Shown: in pieces, positions 52,856-61,337 of the stretch | Layout of the letters: each line of letters opens with the position of its first letter | Numbering within the stretch: position 1 is the first letter of the stretch | Assembly (NCBI GenBank): GCA_963557965.1 | Contig: CAUWEX010000006.1 | Coordinates: 3 to 64,002 of the forward strand | Direction of reading: 5' to 3' | DNA length: 64,000 nucleotides | Source of the DNA: an uncultured Clostridia bacterium | GTDB taxonomy: Bacteria; Bacillota; Clostridia; TANB77; CAG-508 | Notes under the pieces: model-generated | Databases searched by the model: none | What the model saw: the letters and a program-made list of their open reading frames with translations, nothing else | Told to the model about the DNA's origin: nothing | Made by a program: the position numbers and the translations under genes

Positions 52856-53045
52856 TCCTTAATAGTTAATAACACAAATGAGGTAGCGGCTGTGAATTCA
52901 GTTTTGAATTACATATCTAGTTTGTGTTTATATATATGTTCTAAAACTTAAAATGGCTAGAGTAAACGCTAGTGCATTTCACGTTTTAAGAGTTTAGGAC
53001 AAACAACAAATAAACAAAACAAAAAATTTGGAGGTGCAAAAAAAT

Positions 53046-53417
53046 ATGGCTCGTTTAGCAGGAGTAGACTTACCTAAAGAAAAAAGAGTAGAAATAGGAC
53101 TTACCTATATTTATGGGATTGGAGTATCAAGCTCAAGAAAAATCCTTGAAAAAGCAGGAGTTAATCCAGATATAAGAGTTAAAGATTTAACAGATGACCA
53201 AGTAAATGATATAAGAAAGGTAATCGACGAATCTTATACTGTAGAAGGAGACTTAAGAAGAGAAGTTGCATTAAATATAAAAAGATTAACAGAAATAGGA
53301 TGCTACAGAGGATTAAGACATAGAAGAGGTTTGCCAGTTAGAGGACAAAGAACAAAAACTAATGCTAGAACTAGAAAAGGTCCTAGAAAATTAGTTAGTA
53401 AAAGCAAAAAGAAATAG
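53046..53417 (+). CDS. rpsM: 30S ribosomal protein S13
   Basis: ATG 53046 ([26 protein letters not shown]...) after GGAGGTG. Confidence 0.95.
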   Translation: MARLAGVDLPKEKRVEIGLTYIYGIGVSSSRKILEKAGVNPDIRVKDLTDDQVNDIRKVIDESYTVEGDLRREVALNIKRLTEIGCYRGLRHRRGLPVRGQRTKTNARTRKGPRKLVSKSKKK

Positions 53418-53478
53418 AAAGTAATTTTAACAAATCGAATAAATTCAAAATAAATTTGAATAAGGAGGAAAAAGCAAA

Positions 53479-53874
53479 ATGGCTAAAAATGTAACAACAA
53501 AAAAAGTTGCTAGAAGAAATAGAAAAAACATCGAAAAAGGTGCTGCTCATATTCATTCTAGTTTTAACAACACAATAGTTACAATCACAGATACACAAGG
53601 AAATACAATATCATGGGGAAGTGCTGGAGAATTAGGATATAAAGGTTCAAGAAAAAGCACACCATTTGCTGCAGGTCAAGTTGCAGAAACAGCAGCTAAA
53701 ATAGCTATGGAACATGGTTTGAAATCAGTTGAAGTATTCGTAAAAGGTCCTGGTTCAGGAAGAGAAGCTGCAATTCGTTCATTACAAACTGCAGGATTAG
53801 AAATCAGTGCAATCAAAGATGTAACACCAATACCTCACAATGGTTGTAGACCACCAAAAAGAAGAAGAGTATAG
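53479..53874 (+). CDS. rpsK: 30S ribosomal protein S11
   Basis: ...[24 protein letters not shown]... Confidence 0.96.
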   Translation: MAKNVTTKKVARRNRKNIEKGAAHIHSSFNNTIVTITDTQGNTISWGSAGELGYKGSRKSTPFAAGQVAETAAKIAMEHGLKSVEVFVKGPGSGREAAIRSLQTAGLEISAIKDVTPIPHNGCRPPKRRRV

Positions 53875-53903
53875 ATTAATAAAAAAGTGAAAGGAGTATA
53901 GAA

Positions 53904-54530
53904 ATGGCAAGATATATAGATGAACAATGCCGTAGATGCCGTAGAGAAGGACAAAAATTGTTCTTAAAAGGTGACAGATGTTATTCTGACAAATGCAGTA
54001 TTTCAAGAAGAAATTATGCACCAGGAGATCATGGTCAAAAAAGAGCAAAACTTTCTGAATACGGAACACAATTAAGAGAAAAACAAAAAACAAAAACATA
54101 CTATGGAGTTGGAGAAAAACAATTCAGAAAATATTTTGAAATGGCTTCTAATAAAAAAGGTGTAACAGGTGAAGCTTTATTACAAATATTAGAAAGTAGA
54201 TTAGATAATGTAGTATATAGATTAGGATTTGGTGCATCAAGAGCACAAGCAAGACAACTTGTAAACCATGCACAATTCGAAGTAAATGGAAAGAAAGTTA
54301 ATATACCATCTTACTTAGTAAAAGCTGGAGATGTTATTACAGTAAGAGAAAACAAAAAAGACAATGCTACATTAAAAGCAAATATAGAAGAAGCAGCAAA
54401 AAGACCAGTGCCAGCATGGCTTGAAAGAGATGCTGAAAAATTAAGTGGTAAAGTAATTAAATTAGCAACTAGAGAAGATATTGATATTCCAATCGAAGAA
54501 CATTTAATAGTAGAGCTTTACTCAAAATAA
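53904..54530 (+). CDS. rpsD: 30S ribosomal protein S4
   Basis: [26 protein letters not shown]... Confidence 0.96.
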   Translation: MARYIDEQCRRCRREGQKLFLKGDRCYSDKCSISRRNYAPGDHGQKRAKLSEYGTQLREKQKTKTYYGVGEKQFRKYFEMASNKKGVTGEALLQILESRLDNVVYRLGFGASRAQARQLVNHAQFEVNGKKVNIPSYLVKAGDVITVRENKKDNATLKANIEEAAKRPVPAWLERDAEKLSGKVIKLATREDIDIPIEEHLIVELYSK

Positions 54531-54629
54531 TAATTAAAAGTCTAATAGATACTTTTAAAATTTTACTTGAAATAAACTTATGTCGGTTTAAAACAGTTTG
54601 AGATTAATCTCGAATATTAGGAGGTAAAA

Positions 54630-55577
54630 ATGATAGAATTTGAAAAGCCAAATATTGAATGTCTAGAAGTAGATGATGCAAAAAATTATGCAAAATTTGT
54701 ATGTGAACCATTAGAGAGAGGTTATGGAGTAACAATAGGAAACTCTTTAAGAAGAATTTTACTTTCATCACTTCCTGGATGTGCTATAACTAGTGTAAAA
54801 ATTGATGGAGTTTTACATGAATTTTCAGGAATAGACAACATAGTAGAAGATGTTCCAGAAATAATTGTAAACCTAAAAAATGTCAGATTAAAATTTGACG
54901 GAGAAGAAGAAAAAGTTCTAAGAATAGATGCTAAGGGTGAAGGAGAAGTGTTTGCAGGAGACATCATAACAGATGGAACAGTGGAAATACTAAACCCTGA
55001 TTTACATATAGCAACAATAGCTGAAGGTGGAAGTTTAAGAATGGAAATGACAGCAGATAGGGGTAGAGGATATAATTCTTCTGAAAAGAATAAAAAACCA
55101 AACCAAGATATCTCTGTACTTCCAATAGATTCAATATATACACCAGTAAAAAAAGTAAATTATCAAGTAGAAAACACAAGAGTTGGACAAATGGTAGATT
55201 TTGATAAATTAATAATCGAAGTTTGGACAGATGGAAGTTTAAAAGCTCATGAAGCACTTAGCTTAGCTGCTAAAGTTATGACAGGACATTTAGAATTATT
55301 TATAGATTTATCTGAAGCTACAAAAAATACACAAGTTATGATAGAAAAAGAAGAATCTAAAAAAGAAAAAGTTCTAGAAATGACAATAGAAGAATTAGAA
55401 TTGTCTGTAAGATCATTTAACTGCTTAAAAAGAGCTGGAATATCTACAGTAGAAGATTTAACAAACAAAACAGATACAGAAATGATGAAGGTAAGAAACC
55501 TTGGAAAGAAATCTTTAGAAGAAGTAACAGCAAAATTACAATCATTAGGATTAGGTTTTGCTAAAGATGATGAATAA
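54630..55577 (+). CDS. rpoA: DNA-directed RNA polymerase subunit alpha
   Basis: [14 protein letters not shown]..., ...[15 protein letters not shown]..., C-terminal ...[22 protein letters not shown]. Confidence 0.96.
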   Translation: MIEFEKPNIECLEVDDAKNYAKFVCEPLERGYGVTIGNSLRRILLSSLPGCAITSVKIDGVLHEFSGIDNIVEDVPEIIVNLKNVRLKFDGEEEKVLRIDAKGEGEVFAGDIITDGTVEILNPDLHIATIAEGGSLRMEMTADRGRGYNSSEKNKKPNQDISVLPIDSIYTPVKKVNYQVENTRVGQMVDFDKLIIEVWTDGSLKAHEALSLAAKVMTGHLELFIDLSEATKNTQVMIEKEESKKEKVLEMTIEELELSVRSFNCLKRAGISTVEDLTNKTDTEMMKVRNLGKKSLEEVTAKLQSLGLGFAKDDE

Positions 55578-55601
55578 AATAGGAAGGTAAGGTGAAACAA
55601 A

Positions 55602-56129
55602 GTGGCTACTAATAGAAAATTAGGAAGAACTACAGATATTAGAATGGCAATGCTAAAAACATTAACAACAGACCTTATTATGCATGGAAAAATAGAAACT
55701 ACTTTACCAAGAGCAAAAGAAGTAAAATCAATCGCTGATAGCTTAATCTCATTAGCAATCAAAGAAAAAGACAACTTCGAAACAGTAGAAGTAAAAGTAG
55801 TAAAAGCAAAATTAGATGCAAAAGGTAACAAAGAAACAGAATTAGTAAAAAGCAAAAATGGAAAAGAATATCTAAAAGTAGTAAAAGAAGAGACTATGGA
55901 AAAAAGACAAAAAGATATGCCATCAAGATTAAATGCAAGAAGAAAAATGATGAAAAAAATTAACAAAGTTAAAGATAGCGAAGGAAACAATGTTGATTTA
56001 CCATCAAAACTATTCAATGAAATAGCTCCTAAATATGCTGGTAAAAACGTAGGTGGATATACACGTATCGTTAAAGCTGGCCCAAGAAGAGGAGATGGAG
56101 CAGAAGTTGCAATATTACAATTAATATAA
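55602..56129 (+). CDS. rplQ: 50S ribosomal protein L17 with a ~55-aa Lys/Glu-rich internal insertion
   Basis: GTG start. NRKLGRTTDIRMAMLKTL...GGYTRIVKAGPRRGDGAEVAILQLI. 175 aa versus about 113-127 usual. Confidence 0.93.
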   Translation: MATNRKLGRTTDIRMAMLKTLTTDLIMHGKIETTLPRAKEVKSIADSLISLAIKEKDNFETVEVKVVKAKLDAKGNKETELVKSKNGKEYLKVVKEETMEKRQKDMPSRLNARRKMMKKINKVKDSEGNNVDLPSKLFNEIAPKYAGKNVGGYTRIVKAGPRRGDGAEVAILQLI

Positions 56130-56130
56130 C

Positions 56131-56157
56131 AAAAAAATGGGGAAACCCATTTTTTTG
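56131..56157. terminator. Bidirectional terminator ending the ribosomal cluster
   Basis: AAAAAAA-ATGGG-gaaa-CCCAT-TTTTTTT. Confidence 0.8.
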
Positions 56158-56206
56158 TTGAATATAAATAAAATATAGAATTATAAGCAACATAAAAGAT
56201 TTAAAA

Positions 56207-56461
56207 TCAATTTCTAGGATATTCCGAAAATAAATCTAATATAGAAACTTTTAAAGCATTAGCAAAGCCATATACTTCAAAGTCTGTAATAAATTTCTTG
56301 CCGTTTTCTAATTTAGAAATGTCTGAACGACTAATTTGATATTCTAGAACTTGCATTCTTGCACATAAATCCTCTTGTGTAATTCCAAGCATTTTTCTAA
56401 TTTTTTTAATGTTTTTTCCAGTAATATTATAAATATTATCATTGACTTTTGAGCTTCTCAT
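56207..56461 (-). CDS. XRE-family HTH transcriptional regulator
   Basis: ...NIKKIRKMLGITQEDLCARMQV...ISKLENGKK... 84 aa. Confidence 0.8.
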   Translation of the reverse strand: MRSSKVNDNIYNITGKNIKKIRKMLGITQEDLCARMQVLEYQISRSDISKLENGKKFITDFEVYGFANALKVSILDLFSEYPRN

Positions 56462-56523
56462 ATTTATTTTATTCCTTCCTAAGGTATTAATAAAGTAAAA
56501 AATAACTAGTTCTATTTCAAAGA

Positions 56524-56592
56524 TGTTCTAAAATTGAACACTTTTATTGATTTTATAATATTAATATGATAAAATTGTTCTAAAATAGAACA
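56524..56592. promoter_or_regulatory. Two palindromic operators bracketing a promoter (TTGATT-17-TAAAAT)
   Basis: TGTTCTAAAATTGAACA (56524-56540) and TGTTCTAAAATAGAACA (56576-56592). The -35 lies at 56547-56552. Confidence 0.55.
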
Positions 56593-56613
56593 ATAAAAAA
56601 TGGGAGATAAGAT

Positions 56614-57822
56614 ATGAAAAAAATAGACAGAAGAAGAGGAGTAACACTTATTGCTTTAGTTGTTACAATAGTAATTTTATTAATAGTTGCATCAGTTTCA
56701 ATTGTTACATTAACTGGGGAAAACAGTATTATTAAGCAATCTATCGGAGCTAAAGATGCTACAGACCTAGCTACAGAAAAAGAAGCAATAGAACTTGATA
56801 TTTTAAATGAAGGAATAACAAAGGAAGAAACTGATTATATAGGTGAGAAATTATATGATAGAAACATAACAAACGGTAATAAATGGAAGATTATTATGTT
56901 AAAAAATAGCAAAGAAGTATTTGGAACTAATTGGAGATATATACCAGTCGGAACTGATATAGATCAATACGGAAAAACAAAGTTTGCTTGGGTATATGAT
57001 GAAGACACTTCTCAAGCAAAAGTCCTTGAACAGGATGGTTTTATGGAATTAGGATATGGAATGAATTTAGCTGTAAAAGATAATATAGTGTTAAATTTAG
57101 ATCCCATAAATATGGAAAATGAAGAAACTTGGGGGGATGTAAATTTATATGGATTTAATGGAGTTGAAAAAGATGAAAATGGAAATGTAATAAGTGGATT
57201 TTCAGGAAATAGTTTTAACTTTGATGGAGTAGATGATTATATAGAAATTTATACAGATGAGAGTTTTACAGATGAGGGAATAACTATAGAAACATATGGG
57301 AAGTTAGACGATAGAAGCAGAGGAATTGGGAATATATATAAAGGACCAGTAGAAGGAAGTGCATATGCTTTTAAATATTCCGTAGGCAACCGTGCTTGCG
57401 TGTGCACACCTATAAAATACTTTCAACTAACAGGAACATTTGTGCAGGGAATTCCTACGGAAGGAAAATATGAGTGCAGTGGAGCCGTAAATGACTGGAA
57501 TATTCATTTGGAAGAGCATGAACAAGAGGGAGAAGAGTATGTAACATATTCACTTAAAAATAATGGAGAATTTTTTGTTATGAGAAATGGGGAAGTAGTA
57601 GCAAGAGATAAATTTAGCGACGAATATGTAAAAAATTATAAAAAATATTTAGCTAATAAAAATTATCCTATAACCATAGGAAAGGGAGCTCATGGATATG
57701 AAATAAATTATATGGCTATTGAAACCTATGCTACTAGATTATATAGTAGAGCATTAACAGAAGAAGAAGCAAAAGAAAACCAAGAAAAAACAATAGCATA
57801 TCATGAAATAATGTCAAAATAA
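56614..57822 (+). CDS. Prepilin-type N-terminal (class III signal-like) protein with a LamG/concanavalin-like domain
   Basis: MKKIDRRRGVTLIALVVTIVILLIVASVSIV (pilin-like, Ala instead of Glu5). ...GNSFNFDGVDDYIEIY...ITIETYGKL (LamG pattern). Confidence 0.6.
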   Translation: MKKIDRRRGVTLIALVVTIVILLIVASVSIVTLTGENSIIKQSIGAKDATDLATEKEAIELDILNEGITKEETDYIGEKLYDRNITNGNKWKIIMLKNSKEVFGTNWRYIPVGTDIDQYGKTKFAWVYDEDTSQAKVLEQDGFMELGYGMNLAVKDNIVLNLDPINMENEETWGDVNLYGFNGVEKDENGNVISGFSGNSFNFDGVDDYIEIYTDESFTDEGITIETYGKLDDRSRGIGNIYKGPVEGSAYAFKYSVGNRACVCTPIKYFQLTGTFVQGIPTEGKYECSGAVNDWNIHLEEHEQEGEEYVTYSLKNNGEFFVMRNGEVVARDKFSDEYVKNYKKYLANKNYPITIGKGAHGYEINYMAIETYATRLYSRALTEEEAKENQEKTIAYHEIMSK

Positions 57823-57958
57823 AACTAAAAATATAAATAAATAAACCCAAAATTATTAAATAAATTTGTTTAATAATGAGGGTTTTTATTATTGAATATA
57901 GTTGTGCAAAGTAGCAAATTAAATATATACACATATAATAGCATAGGAGGAAGAAAAA

Positions 57959-58309
57959 ATGGAATGTATATTTAGTATAATATTTTGGACTCTGGCTATT
58001 TATGGACTATTCGAAATAATAAAAAATATAATTTATATAAATACATATACAAACTTTAAATCAGATGGAATTTATGTAATACTTGCAGTGAAAAATCAAG
58101 AAAATAAGATAGAGGGATTTTTGCGTTCGGCCTTATTTAAGTTATTATATGGAAAAGAAGAATATATAAAAAATATCCTGGTGGCAGATTTAAAATCAAC
58201 AGATAGCACAAAAGAAATCGTGAAAAAGCTTTCTAAAGAATATGAATGTTTGCAATTAGTTAATTGGAAAGAATGTAAAGAAATAATGGATAATATTGAT
58301 GAAGCTTAG
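57959..58309 (+). CDS. Small membrane-anchored hypothetical protein
   Basis: N-terminal TM helix (IFSIIFWTLAIYGLFEII), then ...GIYVILAVKNQENKIEGFLRS... 116 aa. Confidence 0.45.
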   Translation: MECIFSIIFWTLAIYGLFEIIKNIIYINTYTNFKSDGIYVILAVKNQENKIEGFLRSALFKLLYGKEEYIKNILVADLKSTDSTKEIVKKLSKEYECLQLVNWKECKEIMDNIDEA

Positions 58310-58369
58310 TTTGCTTGAAATATTATAGTATTTGTGATACACTAGCGTATATTAAATAAGGAGAAAATA

Positions 58370-60586
58370 ATGGAAATAATAGGAGAAATAACATCCATAA
58401 TATATAGAAATGAAGTAAATAGCTATACAATAGCAGAATTGGAAACAGAGGAAGAAGTAACAACAATAGTAGGATATTTACCTTTTATAAATTTAGGGGA
58501 TACAGTAAAAGCAATAGGGAAATTTGTAGAGCATAAAGAATATGGAAGACAGTTTAAAGTAGACACATTTGAGAAATTATTACCACAAACTACAGCAGCA
58601 CTTGAAAGATATTTGGCAAATGGAAATATCAAGGGTATAGGAGAAGCATTAGCTAAAAGGATAATCAATAAATTTGGAGAAGAAACGATACATGTTTTTA
58701 AATATGAACCCTCAAGATTAGCTGAGATAAGAGGGATCTCCAAAGAAGGTGCAAAAGAAATGTCAGCAAGTTTTGTGGAAAATTGGGAAGTATGGCAGAT
58801 TGTAGGATTTTTAGAAAGGTTTGGGATAGGTGCAGAATATGCAAAAAAAGTTTTTGACTTACTTGGAGCAAATGCAATTGAACAAATCGAAACAAATCCA
58901 TATATATTAATTGATATAACAAAAGGTGTTGATTTTAAAAGAGTTGATAAAATGGCACTTGATTTAGGAATTAGCTATGATAATCAAACGAGAGTAGAAA
59001 GTGGAATAAAATATGGATTAATAAGAAGTACATATAATGGTAATTCGTGTGTAGCAAAAGAAAATTTAATAGAATTTGTACTAAATTTATTAGATGTATC
59101 AACTGAAAACATTGAAGATGCTATGATAAGTTTAAATATGAAAAAAGAAATTGCAATTGAAAAAAGAGAAAATATAGAATATATATACTTATATAGTTTT
59201 TTTCAAACAGAAGAAGAAATAGCATATAGGATAAAAAAACTACAGCAAGCAAGAAATGTAAAAAAAATTTCAGGATTAAAAAATATTCTCAAAAATATCG
59301 AAAAAAACTCTAGTATTGAATTATCGGAAAAGCAAAAAGAAGCAATACAGATGATTAACGAAAACAACGTAACAATAATAACAGGAGGACCAGGAACAGG
59401 AAAAACAACAATTATAAAAAACATTATTGATATATATGAAGAAAAGGATAAAAAAGTTATACTTACAGCACCTACAGGAAGAGCAGCAAAAAGAATGACA
59501 GAAACAACAGGAAAAGAAGCATCAACATTACATAGACTATTAGAAATCGGAAAGATAGATGAAGATAGCTTGTTTAAAGAGAATAATACATATCAAGGAG
59601 CACCAATTGATGCTGATGTAATAATAGTAGATGAAGTTTCAATGATGGACATGTTTGTTATGAATTATTTATTAAAATGTGTATATCAAGGAACAAAATT
59701 AGTATTAGTTGGAGATGTTGATCAGCTTGCTTCTGTAGGACCAGGAAGTGTATTAAAAGACTTGATAAATTCAGAACAAGTTGCGACTATAAGGTTAGAT
59801 AAAATTTTCAGACAAGCCGCAAAAAGCAAAATAATATTAAATGCACATAGAGTAAATGAGGGAGAAACATTTTTAACCAAAGAGGAAGGCGATGAAATGC
59901 AAGAAGACTTTTTCTTTATAAAGGAAAATGTACAAGAAAAAATGTTAGGACAAGTTGTATCGTTATGCACAGGAAGGCTTGAAAAGTATGGCAATTATGA
60001 TTTCTTTCAAAACATTCAAGTATTATCGCCAACTAAAAAAGGAGCGCTCGGAACAAGAGAATTAAACAAAGTATTACAAGAGCAATTAAATCCCAATATA
60101 AATAATTACTCTGAAAAAGCTAGTATGGGAGCAATTTATAGACCAGGAGATAGGGTAATGCAAATAAAAAATAATTACGATATTTACTGGGAAAAGGATA
60201 ATAAATTAGGGCAAAAAGAAATGGGCAGTGGTGTATTTAATGGAGAAATTGGAACAATAATAGAAGTAAATGAAAGAGAAAAACAAGTAGAAATACAGTT
60301 TGACGATGAAAAGGTTGCGTGGTATGAATTTACAGATTTAGACCAAATTGAACATAGCTATGCAATAACAATTCATAAAGCTCAAGGAAGTGAGTTTGAT
60401 GTTGTAATCATGGTAATACCGCCAACTGCACCAATGCTTTTAACTAGAAATTTACTTTATACGGGAATTACTAGAGCAAAAAAATTATTGATTGTTGTAA
60501 GTAGCGAAAAAGTAATTGAATTTATGATACAAAATGTTGATAGTCGAAAAAGAAATACAGGTTTAGAATTTAAAATGAGACAATAG
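58370..60586 (+). CDS. recD2: ATP-dependent RecD2-like SF1 DNA helicase
   Basis: ...VTIITGGPGTGKTT (Walker A), ...VIIVDEVSMMD (Walker B), ...YAITIHKAQGSEFD... 738 aa. Confidence 0.9.
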   Translation: MEIIGEITSIIYRNEVNSYTIAELETEEEVTTIVGYLPFINLGDTVKAIGKFVEHKEYGRQFKVDTFEKLLPQTTAALERYLANGNIKGIGEALAKRIINKFGEETIHVFKYEPSRLAEIRGISKEGAKEMSASFVENWEVWQIVGFLERFGIGAEYAKKVFDLLGANAIEQIETNPYILIDITKGVDFKRVDKMALDLGISYDNQTRVESGIKYGLIRSTYNGNSCVAKENLIEFVLNLLDVSTENIEDAMISLNMKKEIAIEKRENIEYIYLYSFFQTEEEIAYRIKKLQQARNVKKISGLKNILKNIEKNSSIELSEKQKEAIQMINENNVTIITGGPGTGKTTIIKNIIDIYEEKDKKVILTAPTGRAAKRMTETTGKEASTLHRLLEIGKIDEDSLFKENNTYQGAPIDADVIIVDEVSMMDMFVMNYLLKCVYQGTKLVLVGDVDQLASVGPGSVLKDLINSEQVATIRLDKIFRQAAKSKIILNAHRVNEGETFLTKEEGDEMQEDFFFIKENVQEKMLGQVVSLCTGRLEKYGNYDFFQNIQVLSPTKKGALGTRELNKVLQEQLNPNINNYSEKASMGAIYRPGDRVMQIKNNYDIYWEKDNKLGQKEMGSGVFNGEIGTIIEVNEREKQVEIQFDDEKVAWYEFTDLDQIEHSYAITIHKAQGSEFDVVIMVIPPTAPMLLTRNLLYTGITRAKKLLIVVSSEKVIEFMIQNVDSRKRNTGLEFKMRQ

Positions 60587-60632
60587 GGAAGCTTCCCTTT
60601 TGTCTCATAAAAAGTAGTTAAGGAGGATACGT

Positions 60633-61307
60633 ATAATAAAAAATAAAAAGCTAGAACAAGAATTTTCTAAAATTCTTAATCTAATTTATCCACCAGTTTG
60701 TGGGATTTGTGGAAAGTTAAATCAAGAATTTTTATGTCCAAAATGTTTAAATATGTTGAAAAATCAAGCAGAATTTAAAATCGAAAAATTTCAAAATCAA
60801 GATAAGTATTTTAGCAAATTATTATATTTTTTTAAATATGAGGGAACAATAAGAAAAATAATATTAAAATATAAGTTTCAAGAAAAATCATATTTATATA
60901 AAACCTTGGTGAATTTTATGTTAAAAAATCAAAAATTCTTTGAATTTATCCAAAAATATGATACAATTGTACCAGTTCCAATTAGTAGAAAACGATATAA
61001 TCAAAGAGGTTATAATCAAAGTTATTTAATAGCAAAGGAAATTGCAAACAATACTAATTTAAAAGTGGAAAATAATAGCTTGCATAAAATAAAAAACATT
61101 ATAGAACAAAGCAAGTTAAATAGAGATGAGCGAGAAAAAAATATACAAGGTGTGTATTTTTTAAGAAATCCACAGGAATTAAATAATAAAAAAGTAATTT
61201 TATTAGACGATATATATACAACTGGAAGTACTGCGAATGAATGTAGCAAAACCTTAATGCAGGCTAACCCTAAAGAAATTGCAGTTTTTACAATAGCAAA
61301 AGATTAG
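60633..61307 (+). CDS. comFC: ComF family protein (ComFC; N-terminal Zn finger plus phosphoribosyltransferase fold), with a non-canonical start
   Basis: The in-frame upstream sequence encodes YPPVCGICGK...FLCPKCL (the ComFC Zn finger), but there is no ATG/GTG/TTG between the stop at 60615 and 60753. AGGAGG lies 6 nt before ATA 60633. C-terminal VILLDDIYTTGST. Confidence 0.7.
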   Translation: MIKNKKLEQEFSKILNLIYPPVCGICGKLNQEFLCPKCLNMLKNQAEFKIEKFQNQDKYFSKLLYFFKYEGTIRKIILKYKFQEKSYLYKTLVNFMLKNQKFFEFIQKYDTIVPVPISRKRYNQRGYNQSYLIAKEIANNTNLKVENNSLHKIKNIIEQSKLNRDEREKNIQGVYFLRNPQELNNKKVILLDDIYTTGSTANECSKTLMQANPKEIAVFTIAKD

Positions 61308-61337
61308 AAAAATTATACAAAGGAGGAAAAGGTACAA

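Noticed and set aside
55247-56017. A 256-aa minus-strand ORF spanning the rpoA 3' end and rplQ
   Set aside because: It is antisense to two unmistakable ribosomal/RNAP genes. The translation is low-complexity and Phe/Ser/Leu-rich, typical of shadow ORFs in AT-rich DNA. It has no SD or promoter.
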